Shown: positions 12,564-26,290 of the stretch, piece after piece
How positions within the stretch are numbered: position 1 is the stretch's first letter
Layout of the letters: each line of letters starts with the position of its first letter
DNA from: Mobula hypostoma
Lineage: Eukaryota
Length of the DNA: 64,000 nt
Assembly: GCF_963921235.1 (NCBI RefSeq)
Contig: NC_086097.1
Coordinates: 3,100,001 to 3,164,000 of the forward strand
Direction: 5' to 3'
Notes under the pieces: model-generated
Database searches by the model: none
The model's input: the letters and a program-made list of their open reading frames with translations, nothing else
Told to the model about the DNA's origin: nothing
Position numbers and translations under genes: made by a program

Positions 12564-12924
12564 AATGTCCCAGTTTTGTGCCAGTGAACACATTTCAAAC
12601 TTGTAGAGTATCTGAACAAGTCCAGGAGCAAAGGAGTAAAATTGCATTGTTCCCCTGGGGAGCCCATTTCTTATTATGGTGCTGGGGATAAAAAAACACG
12701 GAACACAGAGATTTTCCTCGTAATGACAGAATCAAACTATTCCAGTATTTTGAAATAGATATAAATATTTGGCAGTTTTCATAATTACTCACCCCATAAG
12801 ACTGCCAGATCGATGTTGACCACCGGGCATCCATTTACATTCAGATGTAGTAGACCTAAATGGGAATATTTTATTAGTTTATTTAGCAATACAGCATGGA
12901 ATGCTTTATTTGTTTATTTAGTGA

Positions 12925-13165
12925 TACTTCTGGCCCTTCGAACCACACCGCACAACGGCCCACAACAATCCTGATTTAACCCTAACCTAATCACGGGACA
13001 GTTTACAATAACCAGTTAGCTTACCTGATACATTTTCGGACTGTGGGAGGAAACCAGAGGTAGTGGGGAAAAGTGACACTTTCCAGGGGAAGGATGTACA
13101 AACTCCTTACAGAGGACACTAGAACTGAACTCTGAACTCTGGCGCCCCAAGCTGTAAATAGCATC
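12925..13165 (-). mobile_element. V-SINE-like element
   Basis: ggactgtgggaggaaaccagag is the reverse complement of the V-SINE core GGTTTCCTCCCACAGTCC. Confidence 0.55.
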
Positions 13166-13344
13166 CATTTGACGATTCCCATCAGAGCAGCATGCAAAGG
13201 GTTGCCACTGCCTCACTTTTTTTGTTTTCTTTTTGCACTACTTATTTAATATACTTCTTAAATATATATTTGTTATTGTAATTTATTGTTTTTTATAGTG
13301 TATTGCATTGTACTGCTGCTGCAAAACAACAAATTTCATAACAT

Positions 13345-13496
13345 GCGGAAATCTGCAGATGCTGGAATTTGAAGCAACACACATAAAAAATGCTGGTGAA
13401 CGCAGCAGGCCAGGCAGCATCTCTAGGAAGAAGTACAGTTGGTGTTTCGGGCCGAGACCCTTCGTGACGAAGGGTCTCAGCCCGAAACGTCGACAG
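13345..13496. mobile_element. Penelope-like mini-insertion with about 30-bp fold-back and 15-bp TSD, inside a Rex1/Babar 3' tail
   Basis: caaatttcataacat at 13330-13344 and 13497-13511; internal junction ...gagacccttcgt|gacgaagggtctc... Confidence 0.85.
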
Positions 13497-14461
13497 CAAA
13501 TTTCATAACATATGCCAGTGATATTAGACCTGATTCTGATTCCAATTCTGATGTTAACCCCAGTTTATTCTCTCTATGTTCTCTCAACTGCTGCCAGATT
13601 CCAGCACTAATATATATCAGAAGCAATGTATAGTGGCCAATTAATATATCATCCTGCATGTTTTTAGGATGTGAACAGAAATTGGAGTGCCTACAGTTAC
13701 AAGGTGCCTAGCTTTCTGCAAACCCAGCGCGGACAGTATTGGAGGTAGAGTTTGAAACCGGCTGGACTAGAGCTGTGCAGCAGCATCACAACTGTGTTGT
13801 ATGCTGGTAGGGTCTAATCTTGATGTTTGCCATGTGGGGACGGTGAATAAATTCAATCATTTGAATTCCAGCTTTATCAGTTTGATAGACTTTCATTTGA
13901 ATTTACAAGCAATGAGATTGTAAATCCAAAATGCACACTCAACTTTTTAGGAACAGCTTCTCTGCTGCTGCCATCGGATTTCTGAGTGGGCAATAAGACC
14001 ATAAGATATTGGAGAAGAATGAGGCCATTTGGCCCATTGAGTCTGTTCTGCCATTTCATTATGGCTGATACATTTTGTCTCTCAGCTTGAATCTCCTGCC
14101 TTCTCCCCGTATCCCTTCATACCCTGACTAATCAAGAATCTGTCAACCTCTGCCTTAAATATACCCAATGACTTGGCCTCAACAGTCACCTGTGGCAACA
14201 AATTCCACAGATTCACCACCCTCTGGCTAAAGAACCTGAGTACACTACCTCAGTGTTCTACTTGCTCTCTTTTTGCACGACTTACTTCAATTTTTAATAT
14301 ATGTTTCTTATTGTAACCTACAGTTTCTTTTTTTAATTATGTATGGCAGTGTACTGCTACCGCAAAACAAATTTCACAACATATGCTAGTGATATTAAAC
14401 CTGATTCTGATGCCTATGCTTCAGTGCATGAACTATTTTAATACTTCATTCTTTTGCACAG

Positions 14462-14602
14462 ATGCCTTGACTGTGGAGCTATTCTTGAAGAATATGATGA
14501 AGAAACATTGGGACTGGCTATTGTAGTTCTTTCGACGTTCACGCACTTGAGTCCAGACTTAGCAGCCCCTTTACTGCTAGATATACTGCAGTCCGTAGGA
14601 AG
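14462..14602 (+). CDS. unc79: UNC79 coding exon: CLDCGAILEEYDEETLGLAIVVLSTFTHLSPDLAAPLLLDILQSVG(R)
   Basis: cttttgcacAG acceptor and GTaata donor; 141 bp, phase 2-2. Peptide recognised as UNC79. Confidence 0.95.
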
Positions 14603-14614
14603 GTAATAAAAACA

Positions 14615-15325
14615 TACATAGAACATAGGAATCTACAGCACATTACAGGCCCTTTAGCCCACAATGTTGTGCCAACCATGTAACCTACTCTAGAAACTGC
14701 CTAGAATTTCTCTAGCGCATAGCCCTCTATTTTTCTAAAGACCCTATTGTATCCACTTCCACCCCTGCTGCTGGCAGTGCATTCCACGCACCCACCACTA
14801 TCTGTGTGAAAAACTTACCCCTGACATCCCCTCAGTACCTATTTCCAAGCACCTTAAAACCACACCTCCTTGTGTTAGCCATTTCAGCCCAGGGAAAAAG
14901 CCTCTGACTATCCACACAATCAATGCCCCTCATCATCTTATACACCTCTATTAGGTCACCTCTCATCCTCTGTCACTCCAAGGAGAAAAGACCAAGTTCA
15001 CACAACCTATTCTCATAAGGTACGCCCTCCAATCCAGGCAACATCCTTGTAAATCTTCTCTGCATTGTCTCTATAGTATCCCAATCCTTCCTGTACTTCA
15101 AGTGGGGTCTGACCAAGGTCTTATATAGCTGTAACATTACCTCACGTCTCTTGAACTCAATCCCACTGTTGATGAATGCCAACACACCATGTCTTCAAGA
15201 ACACTGTCTATCTGCGCAGCAGCTTTGAGTGCCCTGCATGCACCCCAAGAACTCTCAGATCCTCCACACTGCCAAGAGACTTCCCACTAATATGATATTC
15301 TGTCTTCAAATGTGATCTACTATCA
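14615..15325 (-). mobile_element. CR1 3' fragment
   Basis: LYKTLVRPHLKY, RRFTRMLPGL, and a CATAGAA-type tail. Confidence 0.85.
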
Positions 15326-15519
15326 TTAGGACATCTTCATTACCCATCTCATTTAAAATACATTCAATGTTAGCTGCATTGGTGAAATTTTAGCAAACCA
15401 GCACTGTTGCTCTTCTCCAGCATTTTATCTGAATTCATGTCTTCTAGACAAAAAACATTAATGACTCAGTTAAATTAATAATCAGTTCATTAAGTAACTT
15501 ATCATTTTTTCCATTTCAG

Positions 15520-15558
15520 ACTAGCATCCAGCAGTCTTTTTTCTGGCCAAGCAGAAAG
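15520..15558 (+). CDS. unc79: UNC79 39-bp micro-exon: LASSSLFSGQAE(S)
   Basis: ttttttccatttcAG acceptor and GTattt donor; phase 2-2. Fills the gap between QSVGR and MLIPGN (recalled human LASSTTFSNQAES). Confidence 0.9.
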
Positions 15559-15843
15559 GTATTTACAAGAATTTGCTCTTCATCTCATGTCCTTGATATT
15601 TATTACTTATTTATTTACAGTGTCTATGAAAAGTATTCACCCCACTTGGAAGTTTTCATGTTTAATTTTTTTAAAACATTGAATCACAGTGGATTTCATT
15701 TGACTTTTTTTGACACTGATCAACAGAAAAAGACTCATGTCAAAGTGAAAACAGATCTCTACAAAGTGATCTAAATTAATTACGAATATAAAACACAAAA
15801 TAATTGATTGCATAAGTTTTCATTGCCTTTAACATGACACACA

Positions 15844-18800
15844 ATTCGGAGCAAAAAGGCTGCGAGTGAACGGCTGATTTTTGGAGCCAGGGCAGTTTTT
15901 ACCACTTGGGGTAAAAGAGAGGCAAGACTGCGCAGGCGCCAGTACAGCGCGAAAGGTTTAAAAAGAGGCGCACCATATCCAGCGGGTAGCGTTCGGAGTG
16001 AGCAGCGGAGTGTTTGCTCAACGGGCTTAGGCGGTAACGGGATGAGGCGAGGTAGGTTAACCGGTGTTATTTGCCAAAAGGAGGAAGTATGAGTGTGAGG
16101 CCAATTCTCTGTGCTCGGTGTCAGATGTGGGAGGTCCTGGAGTCTCCCAGCCTCCCGGACGGCCATATTTGCACCAGGTGTGTCGAGCTTCAGCTCCTAA
16201 GAGACCGAGTTAGGGAACTGGAGATGCAGCTCGATGACCTTTGCCTGGTCAGGGAGAGCGAGGAGGTGATAAAAATGAGTTATAGGCAGGTGGTCACACC
16301 GGGGCCACGGGACACAGACAAGTGGGTCAGAGTCAGGAGGGGGGAGGGGAAGAGCCAGGTATTAGAGAGTACCCCTGTGGCTATACCCCTCGACAATAAG
16401 TACTCCTGTTTGAGTACTGTTGCGGGGGGGGGGGGACCTACCTGGGGGAAGCGACAGTAGCCGTGCCTCTGGCACAGAGTCTGGCCCTGTGGCTCAAAGG
16501 GTAGGGAAAGGAAGAGGAAGGCAGTAGTGATAGGGGACTCTCTAGTTAGGGGGGTCAGACAGGCGATTCTGTGGATGCAGGAAAGAAACTCTGAATGTAG
16601 TTTGCCTCCCAGGTGCCAGGGTCTGGGATGTTTCAGATCGTGTCCAAGATATCCTGCAGTGGGAAGGAAAACAGCCAGAGGTCGTGGTACATATTGGTAC
16701 CAATGACATAGGTAGGAAAGGGGAAGAGGTCCTGAAAAAAGGGTACAGGGAGTTAGGAAAGAAGTTGAGAAGCAGGACCACAAAGGTAGTGATCTCAGGA
16801 TTACTGCCTGTGCCACGCGACAGTGAGAATAGGAATAGAATGAGGTGGATTCAGATTTTTGGATCATTGGGACCTCTTTTGGGGCAGGTGTGACCTGTAC
16901 AGAAAGGACGGGTTGCACTTGAATCCCAGGGGGACCAATATCCTGGCGGGGAGGTTTGCTAAGGCTACCGGGGAGAGTTTAAACTAGAATTGTTGGGGGG
17001 TGGGAACTGTACTGAAGAGACTGGGGAAGAGGAGGTTGACTCACAAATAGTAAAAAGCTTGTAGACAGTGCGAGAGGGAAGATAGGCAGGTGATAGAGAA
17101 GGGACGCGGTCAGACCGAAGGTTTGAGATGCGTCTATTTTAACGCAACGAGTGTTGTGAGCAAAGCCGAAGAGCTTAGAGCGTGGATCAGTACTTGGAGA
17201 TATGATGTGGTGGCTATTAGAGAGACTTGGATGGCTCAGGGACAGGAATGGTTACTTCAAGTGCCAGGTTTTAGATGTTTCAGAAAGGACAGGGAGGGAG
17301 GCAAAAGAGGTGGGGGTGTGGCACTGTTGATCAGAGATAGTGTCACAGCTGCAGAAAAGGTGGACGCCATGGAGGGATCGTCTACGGAGTCTCTGTGGGT
17401 GGAGGTTAGGGACTGGAAGGGGTGAATAACTTTACTGGGTGATTTTTATAGGCCTCTCAGTAGTAACAGGGATATCAAGGAGCAGATAGGGAAACAGATC
17501 CTGGAAAGGTGTAATAATCGCAGAGTTGTTGTGATGGGAGATTTTAATTTCCCAAATATCGATTGGCCTCTCCCTAGAGCAAGGGGTTTAGATGGGGTGG
17601 AGTTTGTGTTCAGGAAGGTTTCTTGACACAATATGTAGATAAGCCTACAAGAGGAGAGGCTGTACTTGATTTGGTATTGGGAAATGAACCTTGTCAGGTG
17701 TCAGATCTCTCAGTGGGAGAGCATTTTGGAGATAGTGGTCATAAATCTATCTCCTTTACAATAGCATTGGAGAGAGATAGGAACAGACAAGTTAGAAAAG
17801 TGTTTAATTGGAGTAATGAGAATTATGAGGCTATCAGGCAGGAAATTGGAAGCTTAAATTGGAAACAGATGTTCTCAGGGAAATGAACGGAAGATATATG
17901 GCAAATGTTCAGGGGATATTTGTGTGGAGTTCTGCATAGGTATGTTCCAATGAGACAAGGAAGTTACGGTAGGGTACAGGAACCATGGTATACAAAGGCT
18001 GTAATAAATCTAGTCAAGAAGAAAAGAAAAGGTTCAGAGAGCTAGGTAATGTTAGAGATAGAACATAGAATAGTACAGCATAGTACAGGCCCTTTGGCCC
18101 ACAGTATTGTGCCAACCCTCAAACCCTGCCTCCCATATATCCCCCCCCCCCTTAAGATAATAAGGCTAACAGGAAGGAGCTTAAGAAGGAAATTAGGAGA
18201 GCCAGAAGGGGCCATGAGAAGACCTTGGCGGGCAGGATTAAGGAAAACCCCAAGGCATTCCACAAGTATGTGAAGAGCAAGAGGATAAGACGTGGAAGAA
18301 TAGGACCTATCAAGTGTGACAGTGGGAAAGTGTGTATGGAACCAGAGGAAATAGCAGAGGTACTTAATGAATACTTTACTTCAGTATTCACTATGGAAAA
18401 GGATCTTGGTGATTGTAGTGATGACTTGCAGCAGACTGAAAAGCTTGAGCATGTAGATGTTAAGAAAGAGGATGTGCTGGAGCTTTTGGAAAGCATCAAG
18501 TTGGATAAGTCACTGGGACCGGATGAAATGTACCTCAGGTTACTGTGGGAGGTGAGGGAGGAGATTGCTGAGCCTTTGGCGATGATCTTTGCATCATCAA
18601 TGGGGACGGGAGAGGTTCCAGAGGATTGGAGGGTTGCGGATGTTGTTCCTTTATTCAAGAAAGGGAGTAGAGATAGCTCAGGAAATTAAAGACCAGTGAG
18701 TCTTACCTCAGTGGTTGGTAAGTTGATGGAGAAAATCATGAGAGGCAGGATTTATGAATATTTGGAGAGGTATAATATGATTAGGAATAGTCAGCATGGC

Positions 18801-20062
18801 TTTGTCAAGGGCAGGTCATGCCTTACGAACCTGACTGAATTTTTTGAGGATGTGATGAAACACATTGATGAAGGAAGAGCAGTGGAACTTGTGTATATGG
18901 ATTTCAGCAAGGCATTTGATAAGGTACCCCATGCAAGGCTTATTGAGAAAGTAAGGAGGCATGGGATCCAATGGGACATTGCTTTGTGGATCCAGAACTA
19001 GCTTGCCCACAGAAGGCAAAGAGTGGTTGTAGACAGGACATATTCTGCATGGAGGTCGGTGACCAGTGGTGTGCCTCATGGATCTGTTCTGGGACCCTTA
19101 CTCTTTGTGATTTTTATAAATGACCTGGATGAGGAAGTGGAGGGATGAGTTAGTAAGTTTGCTGATGACACAAAGGTTGGAGGTGTTGTGGATAGTGTGG
19201 AGGGCTGTCAGAGGTTACAGCGGGACGTTGATAGGATGCAAAACTGGGCTGAGAAGTGGCAGATGGAATTCAACCCAGATAAGTGTGAGGTGGTTCATTT
19301 TGGTGGGTCAAATATGATGGCAGAATATAGTATTAATGGTAAGACTCTTGGCAGTGTGGAGGATCAGAGGGATCTTGGGGTCTGAGTCCATAGGACGTTC
19401 AAAGCAACTGCGCAGGTTGACTCTGTGGTTAAGAAGGCGTACGATGTATTGGCCTTCATTAATCGTGGAATTGAATTTAGGAGCCAAGAGGTAATGTTGC
19501 AGCTCTATCAAACCCTAGTCAGACCCTACTTGCAGTACTGTGCTAAGTTCTGGTTGCCTCACTACAGGAAGGATGTGGAAGCTATAGAAAGGGTGCTGAG
19601 GAGATTTACAAGGATGTTGCCTGCATTGGGGAGCATGCCTTATGAGAATAGGTTGAGTGAACTCGGCCTTTTCTCCTTGGAGTGATGGAGGATGAGAGGT
19701 GACCTGTTAGAGGTGTGTAAGATGATGAGAGGCATTAATCGTGTGGATAGTCAGAGGCTTTTTCCGAGGGCTGAAATGGTTGCCACAAGAAGACACAGAT
19801 TTAAGGTGCTTGGGAGTAGGTACAGAGGAGATGTCAGGGGTAAGTTTTTTACTTAGAGAGTGGTGAGTGTGTGGAATGGGCTGCTGGCAATGGTGGTGGA
19901 GGCGGATCCGATAGGGTCTTTTAAGAGACTTTTAGATAGGTACATGGAGCTTAGAAAAATAGAGGGCTATAGGTAAGCCTAGTAATTTCTAAGGTAAGGA
20001 CATGTTCGGCACAACTTTGTGGGCCGAAAGGCCTGTATTGTGCTGTAGGTTTTCTATGTTTT
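15844..20062 (+). mobile_element. Near full-length CR1 LINE (5'UTR, ORF1, ORF2), inactivated
   Basis: ORF1 CARCQMW..HICTRC, VIGDSLVRG, VHIGTND. ORF2 APE and RT motifs (KFADDTK). Ends in ttttctatgttt. Multiple stops and frameshifts. Confidence 0.92.
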
Positions 20063-21326
20063 TACACCAAATCATCACTGGCACAGAAAATTGGTTTTAG
20101 AAGTCACATAATAAGTTAAATAGATATCTGTTTTGGAGAGCTGTGTGCAGTGAAGGTGTTTCAATCGATTGTAATAAAAATACACCTGTATCTGGAAGGT
20201 CCAACTGCTGGTGAGTCAGTATCCTGGCGAAAACTACACCATGAAGACAAAAGAACACTCCAAACAACTCCGTGGAAAGGTTATTGAAAAGCAGAAGTCA
20301 GGAGATTGGTACGAGAAAATTTCCAAAATACTGAATATCCCTTAGAGTACAGTGAAGTCAAGAAATGGAAAGAATGTGACATGGCTGTAAATCTGACTAG
20401 TACAGTCTGTCCTAAAAAAATTAGTGACAGTGGAAGAAGGGGACTAGTGAGGGAGGCCAGGAAGAGGCCTATGACAGCTCTGGAGGAGTTAGAAGTTTCA
20501 GTGGCTGAGGTGGGAGAGATTGTGCATACAACAACTGTTGCCCAGGTGCTTCCCCAGTCACAGCTTTATGGGAGAGTGGAAAAGAGAAAGCCACTGTTGA
20601 AAAAAAACTCACAAGAAATATCAATAGAGTTTGCCAGAAGGCATGTGGGAAACCCTGAAGTTAACTGGAACAGGTTTTATGGTCTGATGAAAGCAAAATT
20701 GAGCTTTTTGGCCATCAGACTAAAGGCTATGTTTGGCATAAGGCAAACACCACACATTATCAAAAACACACCATCGCTACTGTGAAGCATGGTGGTGTCT
20801 ACATCATTCTGTGGGGATGGTTCACTGCAGCAGGCCCTGGAAGGCTTGTGAAGGTAGAGGGTAAAGTGAATGCAGCAAAATGCAGGGAAATCCTGGAGGA
20901 AAACCTGATGCACGCTGCAAAAGAATTATGATGTGGATGAAGATTTGTCTTCCAGTAAGACAATGATCCCAAGCATAAAGCCAAAGCTACACAGGAATGG
21001 CTTAAAAACAACAAAGTTAATTTCCTAGAGTGGCCAAATCAGACTCCAAACCTCAATCCAAATGAGAATTTGTGGCTGGACTTGAAAAGGGCTGTTCCCT
21101 CACGATCCCCATGCAATCTCACAGATCTTGAGCAGTTTTGTAAAGAAGAATGGGGAAAAATTGCAGTGTCCAGATGTACAAAGCTGATAGAGACCTATCC
21201 ACACAGACTCAAGGTTGTAATTGCTGCCAAAGGTACATCTACTAAATACTGACTTAAAGGGGTTAGTAATTATGCAATCAATTATTTTGTGTTTAATAAT
21301 TGCAATAAATTTAGACCAATCTGTAT

Positions 21327-22118
21327 TGTTACGGAATGTAACGTTTTAGAAACAAACCAGCAGCAACAGATTTCACACTGAGTCAGGTTTTAATGTTAAA
21401 ACCACTATCTTTATTAGTATTTACTTATAATATAGTAACTCAACCAAGATAAACAAAAGTTAACAGTGTTATGTGTATGTATGTGTGTAAATATAGCTCC
21501 CAAACTATTGAGCTTGGGGGAACAAGGCTTAGAGTCTTGAGATGGTAGAGTAGGAAAGTTCAGTAATCCACGAAATAAATGATGGGAGAGAGATATTTGT
21601 ATTCCATGTTGTAATGGAGAGGGAAGGTAAGTACGAAGTATTCCACAAGTTCCACATCAGGTAAAATGAGATAACAGTCGCCGTAGATCTTGTCCGTTGT
21701 GACGTTCCATATCCACATACGAATTATCACCGACAGTGACCTGTCACAGGAATATCGTCTTCCAGTGGTTACCACACAACATACCCAGGCAAGGGCTACA
21801 CAAGTGGTCCCACAAGATATCCTCAAAATCCACTCCTATGTATTATACAAATGACAGTCACCATTCGTTGTGCACCATGTGCCAATGTTTAACCCAATCT
21901 TTTGGGCTTAAAAGAGTTCCAAACCATCACAGTGACCAGCCATAATCCCGACAGCTAGTCTCCTTTCTCTCTCTACTACGACTGAAGGTCTCTCTCTCTC
22001 TCTGTCTATGTAAAATTTGAAGCAAATTCCTTCAGACTGTGACTGACGTCATAGTCCCACCTCACTCAGGCACCTCAAGCGACAGTCCACAGCAAACGAA
22101 ATCTATGGGTTCGTAACA
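21327..22118 (-). mobile_element. Solo LTR (probably Gypsy), 792 bp
   Basis: TGTTACG...CGTAACA termini; 4-bp TSD gtat/gtag; splits the Tc1 right IR; AATAAA on the minus strand near 21410. Confidence 0.8.
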
Positions 22119-22548
22119 GTAGAAATTAGCTTTCACTTTGGCACAGAAGAGTCTTTTCTGTTGATCTGTGTCAAAAAAGAACAAATTAAATCACTAATTC
22201 AATATTGACTTTCAATTTCCTCTTCTAATTCAGAATATTTCTGGTGTTTTACTGACTTCTCTGTTTTATGTGTATTTGGAATGGCTGTATCTATTAAGTA
22301 AGTTGTTCTTGCTTGTTTATCCTGTAATATTATAACCAAGTGGTTATTATTATTATTTCTTTTTTTGTTTTTTGTATTTGCTCAGTTTGTTATATTTTGC
22401 AGACTGTTTGTCTATCCTGTTGGGTGCGGTCTTTCATTGACTCTGTTGTGTTTCTTGTATTTATTATGAATGTCCGCAAGAACGTGAACTGTATATAGTG
22501 ACATATGTGTTTTGATAATAGATTTTCTTTGAACTTTGAATTGCTTCT

Positions 22549-25500
22549 TCTTCTTCAATCTTTTTTATTAATTTCAAAATAAAGAAACAAAACATAGCAA
22601 TAATACAAATAGTAGGAGATATATTGTTACACTTAAAAAAAGTAATTGCAAAACCAAATAGTGTAAATTAACAAAACTCCCAATCATGTAGAACTAACAA
22701 TGGATAATACAAAGCAAAAAAAAAACTGGAAAAAAAATCATGAAAAAGAAAAAAACAAAACAAAAAAAAAACAAACCCCATCCCCAAAGAAAAACAAAAT
22801 TAATCAACTAAACTAAAAGACTTGGGCAAAACTAACAACTTAAAAATGGAAAAGAAGAAAACTTTAGTGTTGATGACTCCATTCCCCTCCAACAACAGTG
22901 CAGAGAGATAAAACAAGTTTGGAAATGATCAAATGAAAATGCTGAATGAATGGCCTCCAAGTTTTTTCAAATTTAATGGAAGGGTCATAAACCGCACTTC
23001 TAATTTTCTCCAAATTCAAACACACCATAGTTTGTGAAAACCAATGAAATCCATTAGGAGGGTTAATCTCTTTCCAATTCAACAAAATGGACCTTCTAGC
23101 CATTAAAGTAAGAAATGCAATCATCCTTCGTGATGAAGAGGTTAAATTATTTAAGGCTATCATTGGTAGTCCAAAGATAGCAGTAATTGGATGAGGTTGT
23201 AAGTCTATATTTAGGACCGTTGAAATAATATCAAAAATATCTTTCTAATATTTCTCCAACAAGGGACATGACCAAAACATGTGGGTTAAAGAAGCTATCT
23301 CAGAATGACATCTGTCACATATTGGATTAATATAAGAGTAATAACGAGATTGTTTATCTTTGGACATATGAGTCCTGTGCACTACTTTAAACTGTATCAA
23401 CCTATGCTTAGCACATACAGAGGATGAATTCACCAACTGAAGAATTTTTTCCCATTTTTCAGTCGGTATATTAATCTCAAGTTCTCTTTCCCAGTCAGCT
23501 TTAATTTTATTAGAAGAATCAGGACATAAATTCATAATTATATTACCTATAATTGCTACTACACTTTTCTGAGAGAGATTTAAATCTAAGATTTTTTCCA
23601 AAGTGTCCATTGGATATGGGTGTGGAAAATTAGGGGAGACAGTAATTAAAAAGTTTCTAATCTGTAGATATCTAAAAAAGTGAGATCTGGGTAAGTTATA
23701 TTTATTAGAGAGTTGATCAAAAGACATAAAACAATTATCCAAAATTAAATCGCGAAAAGATATTATACCTTTGGTTTTCCAATCAAAATAAGCTTGATCC
23801 ATCGTGGAAGGTTGAAAAAGAAAATTTGATATAATGGGACTTGCTAGAATAAATTGATTAAACCCAAAAAATCTTCGGAATTGAAACCATATACGTAAAG
23901 TATGCTTAACTATTGGGTTGTTCATTTGTTTATACGATTTAAAAGAAGTAAAAGGAAGTAAAGTTCCTAAAACCGAACCCAAGGAAAACCTTTGTAATGA
24001 ATTGGATTCAAGATTTACCCAATGAGGGTTTAAAGATACGTCCAAATCTCGTAACCAAAATTTTAAATATCGAATATTAATTGCCCAGTAATAGAATCTA
24101 AAATTCGGGAGGGTGAGCCCCCCCTCCTTTTTAGATTTTTGTAAATACCTTTTACGTAACCTAGGATTTTTAATCTGCCAAATATATGAGGAAATTTTTG
24201 AATCTACGTTATCAAAAAAAGATTTTGGGATAAAAATTGGAACCGATTGGAATATATACAAAAATTTGGGCAAAATGATCATCTTAATAGCATTAATCCG
24301 ACCAATCAAAAACAAAGAGATTGGCGACCATTTGGTAAATAAAAGTTTAATCTGATCAATTAAAGGTAAAAAATTAGCTTTAAATAAATCTTTACATTTT
24401 TTCGTAATTGTTATCCCTAAATATATAAATGAATCAGTAACCAATTTAAATGGTAAACGTCCATAAATAGGTACATGCTTATTTAAAGGGAATGATTCAC
24501 TCTTATTAAGATTCAATTTGTAACCAGAGAAGTTACTAAATTGAGCCAACAGACCTAGGATAGCAGGAATTGACTTCTCCGGGTTAGAGATGTATAACAA
24601 CAAATCATCTGCATATAATGATAATTTATGTATTTCGTTTCCACGGGTAATACCAACAATATTTGGCGAGTCACGAATAGCAATTGCTAAAGGTTCAAGA
24701 GCAATATTGAATAGTAAAGGACTAAGAGGGCAACCTTGCCTAGTACCATGAAAAAGACGAAAAAAAGATCTATAATTATTTGTACAAACCGAGGCTACCG
24801 GGGAGTAATATAACAATTTAATCCAAGATATAAATGTCAAATTAAAATTAAATTTCTCAAGAACATTAAATAAATAAGGCCATTCAACTCTGTCAAAGGC
24901 TTTCTCAGCATCTAATGAGATAATACATTTTGGGGTAGTAAGTGAGGGGGTATAAACAATATTCATTAACCTCCCAATATTAAAGGATGAATAGCGATTT
25001 TTAATAAATCCGGTTTGATCCATGGACATAATTTGAGGTAACACCCTCTCCAACCTAGTTGCTAGAATTTTTGAAAAAATTTTAGAGTCTACATTCAGAA
25101 GAGATATCGGTCTGTATGATGCACAATCAGTAGGATCTTTATTCTTTTTAAGAATTAAGGAAATAGAGGCTTCATAAAACGATTGTGGTAATTTACCTAA
25201 ACTGATTGCTTCCTTGAATATTCTAGACAACTTAGACGAAAGAATGGAGGAAAAAAATTTTAAAAATTCCACTGTAAACCCATCCGGACCGGGTGCTTTA
25301 CCGGAATTCAATGATGAGATTGCAGTTCTTATTTCTTCCTCTGAAATGGAAGTTTCTAATGATAAGCAATCTTCGGGTGATAGTTTCGGAAAACTCAATT
25401 TACTTAAAAAATCATGCATGAAATTAGAATCATGAGGAAAATCAGAGTGATATAAAGAGGTATAAAATTCTTGAAAGGTTTGGTTTATCCCAGCATGATC

Positions 25501-26290
25501 AACTGTGAAAGTATCATCCTGTTTGCGAATCTTAGTAATTTGACGTTTAACTGAATCAAATTTCAATTGGTTAGCCAGTAATTTACCTGATTTATCGCTA
25601 TGAATATAAAAATCACTTCTAGTTCTCATTAATTGATTTTCGATCGAGGATGTTAATAATAAGCTATGTTCCAATTGGAGTTCAACTCTGTGTTTGTACA
25701 GCTCCTTACTGGGAGAAATAGCATATTTTTTATCGACTTCTTTAATTTTATCAACCAACAGAAGTATTTCATTGTTAACACATCTTTTCAAACCAGCCGA
25801 ATAGGAAATAATCTGACCATGGATATAAGCTTTAAAGGTGTCCCAAACAGTTCCATTGGAAACTTCTTCTGTAGTATTAGTTGAAAAGAAGAAATCAATC
25901 TGCTCCTTTATAAATTTGACAAAGTCCTGATCGTGAAGCAAAATAGGGTTAAATCGCCATTGTCTACTAGTACAAGAGGTGTCCATTAACTTGATGGAAA
26001 GTTTCATTGGAGCATGATCTGAAATAGCAATAATGTCATAATTACAATCAACTACATATGGAATCAAACGAGAGTCAATCAAGAAATAATCAATTCGGGA
26101 AAAAGAACAATGAACATGTGAAAAAAAGGAGAATTCCTTATCATTTGGATATAGAAATCTCCAAATTTCTGAAATCCCAGAATCCAACATAAAAGAGTTA
26201 ATAATAGTAGCCGATTTATTCGGTAAAGCCGGACTACCTATGGATCTGTCCAACATGGGATTCAAACATAAATTAAAGTCACCGCCCATT
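22549..26290 (-). mobile_element. L1-clade LINE, 5'-truncated within the endonuclease, with a long open ORF2 segment
   Basis: ORF 23245..26349: MGGDFN, SRIDYFL, SDHAP, RQGCPLSPLLF, LYADD, CxxC..H..C knuckle. 17-bp TSD aactttgaattgcttct at 22532-22548 and 26291-26307. AATAAA plus (GAA)n tail. Confidence 0.95.

Larger units (their letters stand above)
15618..22195 (+). mobile_element. Tc1 transposon with long terminal inverted repeats and decayed transposase (about 20241-21252), interrupted by a CR1 and a solo LTR
   Basis: TA then cagtgtctatgaaaagtattcacccc terminus. Transposase fragments MKTKEHSKQLR, KHGG, DNDPKH, WPNQTPNLNPNENLW. The right IR (about 21260-21326 and 22119-22195) is the reverse complement of the left IR. 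Confidence 0.88.
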
